DNA of 64,000 nt from an uncultured Candidatus Saccharibacteria bacterium (GTDB lineage: Bacteria; Patescibacteriota; Minisyncoccia; Phycocordibacterales; WO2-35-19), in assembly GCA_964392285.1 (NCBI GenBank), contig CAYMOW010000002.1:1-64000 (forward strand), read 5' to 3'. Below the pieces are notes generated by a model that worked only from the letters and a program-made list of their open reading frames with translations, had not been told where the DNA came from and searched no databases. This document shows positions 9,024 to 17,795 of this stretch, in pieces; the stretch's first letter is position 1, and each line of letters begins with the position of its first letter. The translations under genes and the position numbers were made by a program.

Positions 9024-10178
9024 TCAAATTATTTTTTTGAGTGCATCAATAAGTTTGTCGATATCACCTTTCTTGGTTTCGCGACCAAAAGTAAAGCGCA
9101 AAGATGAGCCAGCGCATTCTTTCTTGCCCAAAGATTCGATAACATAAGAAGAGTTTTCGAGAACCAAAGCCTTGCAAGCGCTCGCCGCCGAAACGGCAAA
9201 ACCCAGAGTATCCAGCTTGATTACTGCAAACTCACTATCCAATCCTGCAAAACAAAAGTTGACGTTGTTTGCAATCCTTTCGGTGCGACTGCCATTCAAG
9301 CTAGCGCCAGGAATTTCTTTTTCTATTCTCTCGATACAATAGTCACGCAATTTTGTTAGACGTCTCTTTTCTGCTTCTCTCTTTTCGAATGCTATTTCAA
9401 GCGCTTTGGCAAAGCCGAGCGCCCCAACCACGTTTTCGGTCCCCGGACGCAAACCTCGCTCTTGACCGCCGCCAAAAAGGCTCGGCGCCAGATCAACCTT
9501 ATCTTTAACAACCAAAACCCCAAAGCCTCTGGGGCCATAAATTTTTATCCCATCTATAATTAGAATATCGGCTCCTAAGCGCTCGATCGAAATGTCTTCA
9601 TACAAAGCACCTTGCGAAGCGTCGACCATAAAAATCGCTCGACCATTTGTAACTCTTGAAATTTTTTGGACCGGCTCGATTACACCGATTTCGTTTTGGG
9701 TCTGCATCACGACAACCAAAGCCGTTTCGGCTCGCAATTCCCTTTCGATAGTTTCGGGTTTTATAATACCTTCTGCGTCTGGCATCACAAAACTCACTTC
9801 GACTCCCCAACCCGTAAGCGAGCGCACCTTTTCAATTACGGCCGGATGCTCTAGAGCAGAAACAATGATATGTGGGTTCACTATATACTTTTTGGCATTC
9901 ATCACCACACCATCGATCGCCAGATTGATCGCCTCGGTGCCACCGGAAGTAAAATAGATTTCGCTTTGTTTGCAGTGCAAGATTTTGGCAATTCTTTTGC
10001 GAGCCTCTTCGAGCGCCGATTTGGCTTGCTCGCCTTCTTGGTGGAGCGAGGAAGCATTGGCCCAAAAAGCCTGCTCGGCCCGATGTATTGCTTCTACCAC
10101 CAGAGGATCAACCGGGGTTGAAGCCGCAAAATCGAGGTAGACCCTGTTTTTCTCTTTGTTTTTAAGCCAAGCCAACAT
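9024..10178 (-). CDS. iscS: cysteine desulfurase (class V aminotransferase, IscS/NifS family)
   Basis: YLDFAASTPVDP N-terminus, SGGTEAINLAI motif, and a lysine-PLP region. Confidence 0.85.
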   Translation of the reverse strand: MLAWLKNKEKNRVYLDFAASTPVDPLVVEAIHRAEQAFWANASSLHQEGEQAKSALEEARKRIAKILHCKQSEIYFTSGGTEAINLAIDGVVMNAKKYIVNPHIIVSALEHPAVIEKVRSLTGWGVEVSFVMPDAEGIIKPETIERELRAETALVVVMQTQNEIGVIEPVQKISRVTNGRAIFMVDASQGALYEDISIERLGADILIIDGIKIYGPRGFGVLVVKDKVDLAPSLFGGGQERGLRPGTENVVGALGFAKALEIAFEKREAEKRRLTKLRDYCIERIEKEIPGASLNGSRTERIANNVNFCFAGLDSEFAVIKLDTLGFAVSAASACKALVLENSSYVIESLGKKECAGSSLRFTFGRETKKGDIDKLIDALKKII

Positions 10179-10261
10179 AGCTTATTTCTACATCAAATTT
10201 TGCAATTTCTCAACAAAAAAGGTAGAATTGCAGAGCTTTAAGCTTATGGCCAAATACTCCT

Positions 10262-11749
10262 ATGCCAAATCAAAATTCTCAAAACCGAATAAGGCGGGCG
10301 CCGGTCGTGGCTGTGCTTGGCCATATTGATCATGGCAAATCTACTCTGCTTGATTACATCAGGAAATCCAACACTGTGGAAAAAGAGGTTGGCGGTATTA
10401 CCCAACACTTGAGCGCTTACGAAGCCGAAGTTGGCCCCGATAAACGCAAGATCACCTTCCTCGATACGCCCGGCCACGAGGCTTTTTGTGCCATAAGAGA
10501 ACGCGGTAGCCGTGTCGCCGACATCGCCATTTTGGTCGTCTCGGCTGAAGATGGAGTCAAACCGCAAACAATCGAAGCGATCAAATGTATCTGCGCCGAG
10601 GCGACACCTTTTATCGTCGCCATCAACAAAATCGACAAACCCAACGCCAACATCGAAAAAACCAAACAGGACCTAGCCGGACAAGAAGTCTTTGTTGAAG
10701 GTTGGGGCGGAACCGTGCCAGTCGTGAATATTTCAGCCAAAAAAGGTGACGGCGTAGCCGAACTACTCGAGATGATTTTGCTTCAAGCCGATCTACTCGA
10801 GCTCGAAAGCGACCCTCTTGCACCAGCCGAAGGTTTTGTGATCGAGAGTGCCAAAGATACCAAGAACGGTGTTTCGGCGACCTTGATCATCAAAAATGGT
10901 CAGCTCAAAAAAGGTACCTATGTGGCCAGTCAAGGCGGTTTTGTGGCTGTGCGCCAAATCGAAACTTTTGACGGCCAAAAAATCGATCGAGCCGAAGCTT
11001 CGATGCCGATCAGACTGACCGGCTGGAACGGCCTGCCGATTGTCGGTGAAGATTTTGCAAGCTTCGACTCCAAATCAGAAGCCGAAGAATACGTCAGCCA
11101 ATTAGCGAGAAAAACCGAAACTCAAAAAATCTTTGGCCAAAACGAGGCCGGCTGTTCTTGCCTACCAATCATCATCAAAGCTGATGCCCAAGGCTCGCTC
11201 GAAGCAATCGAAAACGAATTTAACAAAATCAATATCTCTGGCATCAATCTAAAAATAATTGCCGATGGTATCGGCCCAATCACCGAAGGTGATGTCAAAA
11301 CCGCGGTCTCGAGCAAAGCGGTTATGATCGGCTTCAATGTTCCGACCGACAAAAATGCAAACGCTCTCGGTTTGCGCGACGCAGTCGAGATCAGAAACTT
11401 TTCGATTATCTACGAACTAACCGATTGGCTCAAAGAAAAACTCCAAGAACTCGCACCCAAAGAAAAACAAGAAGTCATAACCGCCAAAGTTAAGATTCTC
11501 AAAGTCTTCAGCCAGAGCAAAGACAAACAAGTCATTGGTTGCCGAGCCGAGGATGGCGAGGTCAAGTCTGGACAGGTGGCGCGCATCTTTCGACGTGAAG
11601 CCCAGATCGGCGAAGGCCGTATCCGCGAACTCCAATCTCAAAAACAAAAAGTTGGTTCGATCGAACAAGGCCAAGAATTTGGAATGCTGTTCGAATCCAA
11701 AACCGAAGTTGCTCCGGGCGATTATCTCGAGATTGTCAGCTTATCCTAA
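10262..11749 (+). CDS. infB: translation initiation factor IF-2 (short form, lacks the N-terminal domains)
   Basis: G-domain VVAVLGHIDHGKSTLLD, DTPGHEAF, NKID, followed by the IF-2 beta-barrel domains. Confidence 0.9.
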   Translation: MPNQNSQNRIRRAPVVAVLGHIDHGKSTLLDYIRKSNTVEKEVGGITQHLSAYEAEVGPDKRKITFLDTPGHEAFCAIRERGSRVADIAILVVSAEDGVKPQTIEAIKCICAEATPFIVAINKIDKPNANIEKTKQDLAGQEVFVEGWGGTVPVVNISAKKGDGVAELLEMILLQADLLELESDPLAPAEGFVIESAKDTKNGVSATLIIKNGQLKKGTYVASQGGFVAVRQIETFDGQKIDRAEASMPIRLTGWNGLPIVGEDFASFDSKSEAEEYVSQLARKTETQKIFGQNEAGCSCLPIIIKADAQGSLEAIENEFNKINISGINLKIIADGIGPITEGDVKTAVSSKAVMIGFNVPTDKNANALGLRDAVEIRNFSIIYELTDWLKEKLQELAPKEKQEVITAKVKILKVFSQSKDKQVIGCRAEDGEVKSGQVARIFRREAQIGEGRIRELQSQKQKVGSIEQGQEFGMLFESKTEVAPGDYLEIVSLS

Positions 11750-11804
11750 TCGCCTATTTTGTGTTAAATTAATTCTGGGCCCAAAAAAGTAGATGCATAA
11801 TCTG

Positions 11805-11876
11805 GGCCTAGTCGCCAAGTGGTAAGGCAAGGGTCTGCAAAACCCTTATACGGCGGTTCGATTCCGCCCTAGGCCT
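11805..11876 (+). tRNA. tRNA-Cys (GCA)
   Basis: Acceptor GGCCTAG/CTAGGCC, 3-bp D-stem, anticodon loop CTGCAAA, T-arm GGCGG-TTCGATT-CCGCC. Confidence 0.8.
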
Positions 11877-11942
11877 CAAAACATAGCCAGCTGATACACT
11901 AATTTTATAAAAGAGAATCGCCAAACCGTTTTGAAACTTCTG

Positions 11943-12024
11943 TGCCTGGGGCGGGCATCGAACCCACATCTCTTTCGAGACACGATTTTAAGTCGTGCGC
12001 GTATACCAATTCCGCCACCCAGGC
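11943..12024 (-). tRNA. tRNA-Leu (TAA), long variable arm
   Basis: Reverse complement gives GCCTGGGTGGCGGAATTGGTA...CACGA-CTTAAAA-TCGTG..GGGTTCGATGCCC..CCCAGGC. Confidence 0.8.
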
Positions 12025-12086
12025 TTTGTGTTTATATTATATGCTATTTGAGAAATTACAAATTTTGCTGTATATTTTCTTCTATA

Positions 12087-12159
12087 CCGCCCATAGCTCA
12101 GCTGGTAGAGCAGACGCCTCTTAAGCGTAAGGTCCTAGGTTCGAACCCTAGTGGGCGGA
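12087..12159 (+). tRNA. tRNA-Lys (CTT)
   Basis: Acceptor CCGCCCA/TGGGCGG, D-arm GCTC-AGCTGGTA-GAGC, anticodon loop CTCTTAA, T-arm CTAGG-TTCGAAC-CCTAG. There is one mismatch at the top of the anticodon stem. Confidence 0.7.
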
Positions 12160-12203
12160 CACGAGTAAAAAATATGAACTGCTTCATATTTTTTACTCGT
12201 GTC
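12158..12203. terminator. 20-bp perfect hairpin after tRNA-Lys
   Basis: GACACGAGTAAAAAATATGAA-CTGC-TTCATATTTTTTACTCGTGTC. Confidence 0.6.
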
Positions 12204-12493
12204 CGAGCCGGAGCGATGTTTTTGTTTGAGCTTTGCTCAAGGCAAAAACCGCGAGGCGGGATCGCAGAAAATTTGAGTCAGCAAATTTATCTGTGATGAC
12301 AATGTCCGAGGCGGAGCCATGTTTTGATAGCAATCAAAACAGGCGAGCCGGGTGAGAAGCGAATACTTGGAGCTTCGCAAGACTCATTGAGCTCGAGTCC
12401 TCGAGAGCCAATGAGTGGACAGATCCTGTAAGGATTGCGGAAATTTTCGAGCGACGGCGAGAAAATTATCCGTGACGACAAGATAGAATCGAT

Positions 12494-12575
12494 GCTGGGG
12501 TGGCGTAATTGGTAGCCGCGCTAGTCTTAGGAACTAGTGGAGTAATCCGTGGGAGTTCAAGTCTCCCCCCCAGCA
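12494..12575 (+). tRNA. tRNA-Leu (TAG), long variable arm
   Basis: Acceptor GCTGGGG/CCCCAGC, anticodon stem CTAGT/ACTAG with loop CTTAGGA, variable arm GGAGTAATCCGT, T-arm GGGAG-TTCAAGT-CTCCC. Confidence 0.8.
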
Positions 12576-12706
12576 CAGATTGAGCACGGCGAAAGCTGTG
12601 CTGGGGGTGCAGCTTTATGCAATAAAGCGTAGCACTGACTTGAAAGCCGGAGCGCGACGGCGCGAGGCGGGGTCGACCAAATTTTCAGCAGAAAATTATG
12701 GGTGAC

Positions 12707-12726
12707 CAAGTCTCCCCCCCAGCACA
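12707..12726 (+). repeat. direct repeat of the tRNA-Leu(TAG) 3' end (CAAGTCTCCCCCCCAGCACA)
   Basis: 20-nt exact copy of 12558..12577, about 130 nt downstream of the tRNA. The 12205..12700 region also carries three copies of a GCCGGAGCG...GCGAGGCGGG module and AAAATTAT[CG][CG]GTGA[CT]GAC modules. Confidence 0.6.
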
Positions 12727-12768
12727 AATGCAAAACTCGCCTTTTGGGCGAGTTTTGCATTTTGTGAT

Positions 12769-13094
12769 CCTCATTCTCATAAGCCGAATTCTGTTTCTTT
12801 GCAATAATTTATCTAGGTCCTAGATTGCTCTAGGACTCGAGCGGCACTCCCCTCGATTGCTTTCGGGGCACGGCCTTGCACAGAAGTAAGAGTTTAGTCG
12901 TTGCACCCGTATGTTGCCATACGATTACTCCACAAGGGAGCTCCTTGCCTTTCGGCTTGGACGTCACTGTTCGCATCTCGCGCCTCACGGCGGACGGGCA
13001 TTACCCGCTACTTGGCTCTCCAATCGAAATTGGAGCTGTGTTCGGACTTTCCTCTCCGACTAAAACGTCGGAGCTATTGCTCGGAATGAGAATC
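12769..13094 (-). ncRNA. rnpB: RNase P RNA (rnpB) candidate
   Basis: The minus-strand RNA contains the universal CR-I-like GAGAGGAAAGUCCGAAC near its 5' end and a CR-V-like AACAGAAUUCGGCUUAU near its 3' end. The P4 partners are GUCCGAA and UUCGGCU. The terminal P1 pairing is UCUCAUUC...GAGAAUGAG. The whole is about 326 nt and GC-rich. Confidence 0.6.
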
Positions 13095-13205
13095 TAGACA
13101 TATTCTATCACATATTTTCAACTTCGCAAATTTTGCTTGCATTTTTTCCCTTTTAGTGATATAATTGAAGACGGTAGTTATTTTGACAATTTAGGGAGGT
13201 AAGAA

Positions 13206-14252
13206 ATGGCTAGCGCACCACCAATTGAACTTCAAGAAGGGGCAGTGCCCAGACCAAGATATCAACTCTTCACTGATTGCCCCCAAGATTGGTTCTTGGT
13301 GGTCGTACGTGGGGGGGACATTCACAAGATCGTCCATTCTGTAAAAGGGTGGCGAGTAAACGAAGAGTTTGAGTTCGTAACAGAAGATGCTACGAACAAA
13401 AACTTGATCACCCCTCTTCGAGCCCTGACAGGCTACGAATTTGTGGGTGTCCCGGGTTTCCAGGGGCTAAAAGTAATAAAGTTCGCCTGGAATAAATACT
13501 GGCGAACAGATGAAAACAGTCCAATCTACGGGGTGGTCGCTCACGACCCACAACTCGTTTATGTGTTCCCGTTCGAATCTCAATACCCTCTTACGTACGA
13601 AGGAATTGATACGGTGGCACAAAACCGAATAAAACCGGAAGAGTTGTCGCTCGTAGCGGTAACTTTTGTGGTCACGGTCCGAGTCAGGATGCTACGACCA
13701 CGGATCGCACTCGCTACAAACATCGATTGGTTCGGGGGGGTGCTTATTCCAAAACTCCAAGGAGTCCTGAAGGATTTCGCTGGAGAGAAAAGTTACGACG
13801 AACTGATTCGGGGGGCAAGGAAGACGGTTACGCAAGAACTCGAAGAGTTTGTGATGGGGACCAACCAGACCCCTAGTAAATTTCGGGAGAAAATTCTTCA
13901 AACGGCAGGAGTCGACATCATCGACTTTAGCCTAGTAGACATCAAACCCAACAAGGCCTTCGAAGACGCCCAAAATGAATTGGCTTCCGAACAACGAAAG
14001 GCCTCCGGGGTCATCGTCACAGCCGAAGCGGCCAAACAAGCCAAGATCCTGGAGGGAGAAGGACTGGAAGCATACGAAGCCGCGATAGGTAGGGGTAAGG
14101 CAACCGCGATAAAAGCCATCCGTGAAGCTGCGGGTTCCGACTCAGAGACCTACTTCAAGTGGGACGGGATGAAAAGTTCGAAACTGGGTACCTACGCGGA
14201 AGGTACCAGCAAGGCTAGCATCCTGGTCGGCCCTGACGGCAGACCTATCTAG
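13206..14252 (+). CDS. SPFH/band-7 (stomatin-prohibitin-flotillin-HflK/C-like) domain protein, no TM segment
   Basis: Strong RBS AGGGAGG. The C-terminal half matches the band-7 pattern (GVDIIDFSLVDIKPNKAFEDAQNELASEQRKASGVIVTAEAAKQAKILEGEGLEAYEAAIGRGKAT); the N-terminal roughly 150 aa are unique. Confidence 0.55.
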   Translation: MASAPPIELQEGAVPRPRYQLFTDCPQDWFLVVVRGGDIHKIVHSVKGWRVNEEFEFVTEDATNKNLITPLRALTGYEFVGVPGFQGLKVIKFAWNKYWRTDENSPIYGVVAHDPQLVYVFPFESQYPLTYEGIDTVAQNRIKPEELSLVAVTFVVTVRVRMLRPRIALATNIDWFGGVLIPKLQGVLKDFAGEKSYDELIRGARKTVTQELEEFVMGTNQTPSKFREKILQTAGVDIIDFSLVDIKPNKAFEDAQNELASEQRKASGVIVTAEAAKQAKILEGEGLEAYEAAIGRGKATAIKAIREAAGSDSETYFKWDGMKSSKLGTYAEGTSKASILVGPDGRPI

Positions 14253-14378
14253 CCAAACTTCTGACTACAACCCCTTTTGGAGAACTTACCAGTTCCAACC
14301 AAAAGGGGTTGCTTTTTTTATAGAATATGATATAATTGCCCACAGAATTGTAATCCGAAAATTGAAGGGAGGAAGAAA

Positions 14379-15509
14379 ATGCTTTGGATGATATTGGTAT
14401 GGACAGTGGCCATAATCCTAGCGATTGGGGCCAAGATTTTACTGCCACCCGTTATCGGGTGGCGCAACAAACTCATCACGACTAGGCAGGCGTGGCAAAT
14501 CCCAATAGTGGTGGCCGGTTGTGTATCCGTAATACGGGTGATCGCTCACCTGATCGGGTCACAATGGCAAACAATCTGGTGGATAGTAGGTTTAGTAGTC
14601 GTTGGATATCCGATTTATCGCATCATACGACGCGAAAAGGTTTCGAACCTCGCCCAAAGGTATAAGACAGACCTTACAATAGTGGGCGTCTCGACCTTTA
14701 CAGTGGTCGCCGCCAACTGCCTGCTATACTTTGTTACCAGTGCCGATCCAAGAATTTGGGCTTGGTACTATGGCAATGCGTATTTCTTCTGGGCATGGAA
14801 CTTTGGCTGGATCGTAGTGGCTTTCCTCCATTCCAAAAGAGACGACAAGAACATCGTGATTCCGATCGCGGTTACGGGCCGTAATTGGATTATGGTGATT
14901 TTGATTGCAGGACTCCTGATAAATTATGTGTTTTATCCTTCTTTACCGAGATGGGTCAACACATTGACTACCAGCGGTCTGGGTAATCTCGGCACCAACT
15001 TCGGTCAGCCTGACCTGCTCCGGTTAACGCCGGAGGAGCACAAGGCGACACACACAGCGTTGATGAAAACTCCGTTCGCGGAGCGGAAGGTGCTCTGGGC
15101 CCTCTACGAGTGCAACCCAGAAAACAAGGCCTTTCGTCCCAAGGATGGGGACCTTCCTGCCCTCAAGACCTACCAGTCAAAAGGCGCACAAGCCTTCGGC
15201 GATGCCTGTGTCGAGAAATTGACGCGGGCACGGCAAACGTTTGTCCTCGCCGTGGTGGAGGCCACGAGCGAGAAGTGGAGCGATCCAGTAATTTTACCGG
15301 AAGCGCTCTTGTACGAGATTGTGTACTCCTCCGAAGAGAGGAGACACAGGACCACAGTCCTGGGGCCCGATGATGGCCAGCAAATGGAGCTGGCCGAAGG
15401 ATACACGGTCCCGCCCTTCAAAACAGTCGGGGCCAAGTTCAAGTCCAAGGCCGGGACGGTGCGTGTCACCGTCGAATACCGGCCAACGAAAGGAGCGAGC
15501 TCGCAATGA
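14379..15509 (+). CDS. polytopic membrane protein (about 6 TM) with a C-terminal soluble domain, hypothetical
   Basis: Strong RBS GAAGGGAGG. Trp-rich hydrophobic N-terminal 200 aa followed by a charged, roughly 170-aa tail. Same strand as the SPFH gene, 126 nt downstream of it. Confidence 0.6.
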   Translation: MLWMILVWTVAIILAIGAKILLPPVIGWRNKLITTRQAWQIPIVVAGCVSVIRVIAHLIGSQWQTIWWIVGLVVVGYPIYRIIRREKVSNLAQRYKTDLTIVGVSTFTVVAANCLLYFVTSADPRIWAWYYGNAYFFWAWNFGWIVVAFLHSKRDDKNIVIPIAVTGRNWIMVILIAGLLINYVFYPSLPRWVNTLTTSGLGNLGTNFGQPDLLRLTPEEHKATHTALMKTPFAERKVLWALYECNPENKAFRPKDGDLPALKTYQSKGAQAFGDACVEKLTRARQTFVLAVVEATSEKWSDPVILPEALLYEIVYSSEERRHRTTVLGPDDGQQMELAEGYTVPPFKTVGAKFKSKAGTVRVTVEYRPTKGASSQ

Positions 15510-15553
15510 CGCGAGCCCGCTCCCCTTTTTTTTATCAACTTTTTAGACAACAA

Positions 15554-15823
15554 TTACGACTCGCCGAAGAATGATGGCACAGGAATACCGAAGGTGTTTA
15601 GCACCAAACGCAAGATGCCGTAGACGCTAAACATTACAAACATCCCAATGATACCGTAGAACACATTCATCTTCTTCTTTTCCAAATCCGAACCATCGGC
15701 TCCAGCTATGAGCCCGATAATGCCGTAAAAGAAGAATATAGTCGCCACCACAAAACCCAGAACGATAATCGGATTGATGATGTAGGTGGCTATTTTGCCG
15801 AGCAGGTTCGTAACAGCTGGCAT
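15554..15823 (-). CDS. small two-TM membrane protein, paralog 1 of a seven-member family (VirB2/TrbC-pilin-like?)
   Basis: Helix-charged loop-helix architecture: FFFYGIIGLIAGADGSDLEKKKMNVFYGIIGMFVMFSVYGIL. Confidence 0.65.
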   Translation of the reverse strand: MPAVTNLLGKIATYIINPIIVLGFVVATIFFFYGIIGLIAGADGSDLEKKKMNVFYGIIGMFVMFSVYGILRLVLNTFGIPVPSFFGES

Positions 15824-15826
15824 GTC

Positions 15827-16177
15827 TTATCTTGGAACAAGTTGACGAACATTAAAACCAGGACCCGTACCTGTGTCAATTCCCAAAGCATCACCGAGGA
15901 ATGCTACCAAACCCCAGACAGCAGCCATGACAAAGATGGCCACAACGCCCCAGATCATGGTCTTCTTGGCCTGATCTGCTTTGTGTTCGCCACCAAAGAT
16001 ATACATAGCCAAGCCCCAGAAGAAGAAGAGCATTGCCAAGGCAAAGATGATTGGGATCAGGATATTTATGATATCACCAATCGATTCTGCCAAGCTTTTG
16101 ACATTATTAAGCTCCTGACCAAAAGCCAAAACTGGCGAAGCCAGAGCAACTATTCCGAATGAAATTAATTTTTTCAT
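15827..16177 (-). CDS. small secreted two-TM protein, paralog 2 (signal peptide + pilin-like core)
   Basis: MKKLISFGIVALASPVLAFGQ signal peptide, then core FFWGLAMYIFGGEHKADQAKKTMIWGVVAIFVMAAVWGLVAF. Confidence 0.7.
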   Translation of the reverse strand: MKKLISFGIVALASPVLAFGQELNNVKSLAESIGDIINILIPIIFALAMLFFFWGLAMYIFGGEHKADQAKKTMIWGVVAIFVMAAVWGLVAFLGDALGIDTGTGPGFNVRQLVPR

Positions 16178-16286
16178 TATTTTGTTTTTAATAATTTATT
16201 TAATAACCAAACGACCTAATAATTGAATACATTATAACACTTTCATCCATCTTTTCCAAACTAATTATGTTAATTATGTTTAGATT

Positions 16287-16634
16287 CTAGTAATTTATTC
16301 TTGGCATATTAATGGTATTGCGTTCATCAATACCCAATTCTTGCCTAAAGAACCTCACAAGACCCCAAACAGAAGATATCACAAAGAGCGCAACGACACC
16401 CCAAACCATCACATTTTTCCCCTCTGCTTTGCCATCACCCTCAGATTTGATGTACTTGGCCACACCCCAGAAGAAATAAAGCAAAGCCAAAGTGAAAGCT
16501 ATCGGAATCAAATAAGCACCTACTATGTTATCAACACTGCTTATTATTCTTTCTGTCCCTTGTAAAGCCTGCGCACCTACCACCGTCGGTAAAACTAACA
16601 AAGCCGGCACAATAGAATATTTGAAAAATTTCAT
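16287..16634 (-). CDS. small secreted two-TM protein, paralog 3
   Basis: Signal peptide MKFFKYSIVPALLVLPTVVGAQA, core YFFWGVAKYIKSEGDGKAEGKNVMVWGVVALFVISSVWGLVRF. Confidence 0.7.
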   Translation of the reverse strand: MKFFKYSIVPALLVLPTVVGAQALQGTERIISSVDNIVGAYLIPIAFTLALLYFFWGVAKYIKSEGDGKAEGKNVMVWGVVALFVISSVWGLVRFFRQELGIDERNTINMPRINY

Positions 16635-16649
16635 ATAATTATAAATTTA

Positions 16650-16952
16650 TTAATTATTTTTAACTTCTACTTTGATTGGAATGTTGGAAAGGCCGAGTTC
16701 GCTTCGGATAAAGGCCACAATACCCCAGACCGAAAAGGCCACAAAGAGTCCGATGATACCCGAAACCATAATCCGCCTACCCTCTTCGGCCGCCTTGTCG
16801 CTACTTGCGCCCTCCTTGATATATTTTGCCACACCCCAAAAGAAATACAACAAGCAAAGTGAAAAAGCCAGTGGTATGAGTATGCTGTTCACTATGCCGA
16901 ATGCTGAATCTATGAGGTCGCCAAGTTTCATCCCGTTAGTGAAAAATGGCAT
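16650..16952 (-). CDS. small two-TM protein, paralog 4
   Basis: Core YFFWGVAKYIKEGASSDKAAEEGRRIMVSGIIGLFVAFSVWGIVAFI; about 85% identity to paralog 3 in the core. Confidence 0.7.
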   Translation of the reverse strand: MPFFTNGMKLGDLIDSAFGIVNSILIPLAFSLCLLYFFWGVAKYIKEGASSDKAAEEGRRIMVSGIIGLFVAFSVWGIVAFIRSELGLSNIPIKVEVKNN

Positions 16953-17087
16953 TGCTTTTTTGAAAAGCCACCATTTTATTTTTTAGTTTGTAATTCATAT
17001 AAATATCGACTTAATATATTATAACTCGATTGAAAAAGCTTTTCTATGCCATTTTCTACTACGGGATTCATATTACAATTTTCAATC

Positions 17088-17369
17088 TTAAATCTTAAAA
17101 TTGATTTGCGGTATGCCGACCGGACTGTTCCAACCAAACTCTGAGCGCAAAAAGACCATAATGCCCCAGATAGTCGTCAGCACAAAGAGACCGATTATAC
17201 CCCAGATGAGCAGGTTTTTGCTCTCTTTGAGCTCCTTCTCATTGCCCGCAGCTCGAATAAACCGCCCCACTCCAAGCACAAAGACCAAAAAGGCCACCAC
17301 GCCCAAAAACGGAATAATCTTCATTCCGAGGTCGGTGAACATCTTTACTACTTCGCCAAGGTTTTTCAT
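17088..17369 (-). CDS. small two-TM protein, paralog 5
   Basis: Core VFVLGVGRFIRAAGNEKELKESKNLLIWGIIGLFVLTTIWGIMVF. Confidence 0.65.
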   Translation of the reverse strand: MKNLGEVVKMFTDLGMKIIPFLGVVAFLVFVLGVGRFIRAAGNEKELKESKNLLIWGIIGLFVLTTIWGIMVFLRSEFGWNSPVGIPQINFKI

Positions 17370-17381
17370 AATTTGTCTTTT

Positions 17382-17795
17382 TTATGAGCGCAATTGGTCT
17401 ATCGTGCCACCTATCGCTTCAGATATAACCCAAGCACCGAGGAGTATAGCTGCCCCGATCACTCCATAAAGCAAGGTGTCGTGGGCTGTTTTGATTTTAC
17501 CCGTATCGCCTCTTGCTGTGACATAAAGAAAGCCCGCATACATTATAACCAAAACAGCAATTACTCCGCCTATAGGTATCAGTATTTCGTTTATAACCGT
17601 CTTTATAAAGTCCATCAGATTATCGCCACCCTTGAATGGATTGTCTATTTTTATATTGAATTTGACTGGACTTGGAGCCGGAGTAACCTGTGGACTTGGG
17701 GCTGGAGTAATTTGTGCCCACAAAACCACTGGAACAAAGGCAGAAAATATAACCACAACAACAAAAAGATTTTTGAATAAATTTTTGATCTTCAT
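17382..17795 (-). CDS. small secreted two-TM protein, paralog 6 (Pro/Thr-rich linker)
   Basis: Signal/TM MKIKNLFKNLFVVVVIFSAFVPVVLWA, the repeat PAPSPQVTPAPSP, and core YAGFLYVTARGDTGKIKTAHDTLLYGVIGAAILLGAWVISEAIGG. Confidence 0.65.
   Translation of the reverse strand: MKIKNLFKNLFVVVVIFSAFVPVVLWAQITPAPSPQVTPAPSPVKFNIKIDNPFKGGDNLMDFIKTVINEILIPIGGVIAVLVIMYAGFLYVTARGDTGKIKTAHDTLLYGVIGAAILLGAWVISEAIGGTIDQLRS

Noticed and set aside
12557-12760. 67-aa minus-strand ORF
   Set aside because: It overlaps tRNA-Leu(TAG) and the tRNA-fragment repeats and has no RBS; an artefact of the GC-rich repeats.
12876-13097. Two plus-strand ORFs (73 and 62 aa) in the 12.9-13.1 kb region
   Set aside because: They lie inside the RNase P RNA candidate (minus strand), and the region shows RNA-structure signals rather than coding signals.
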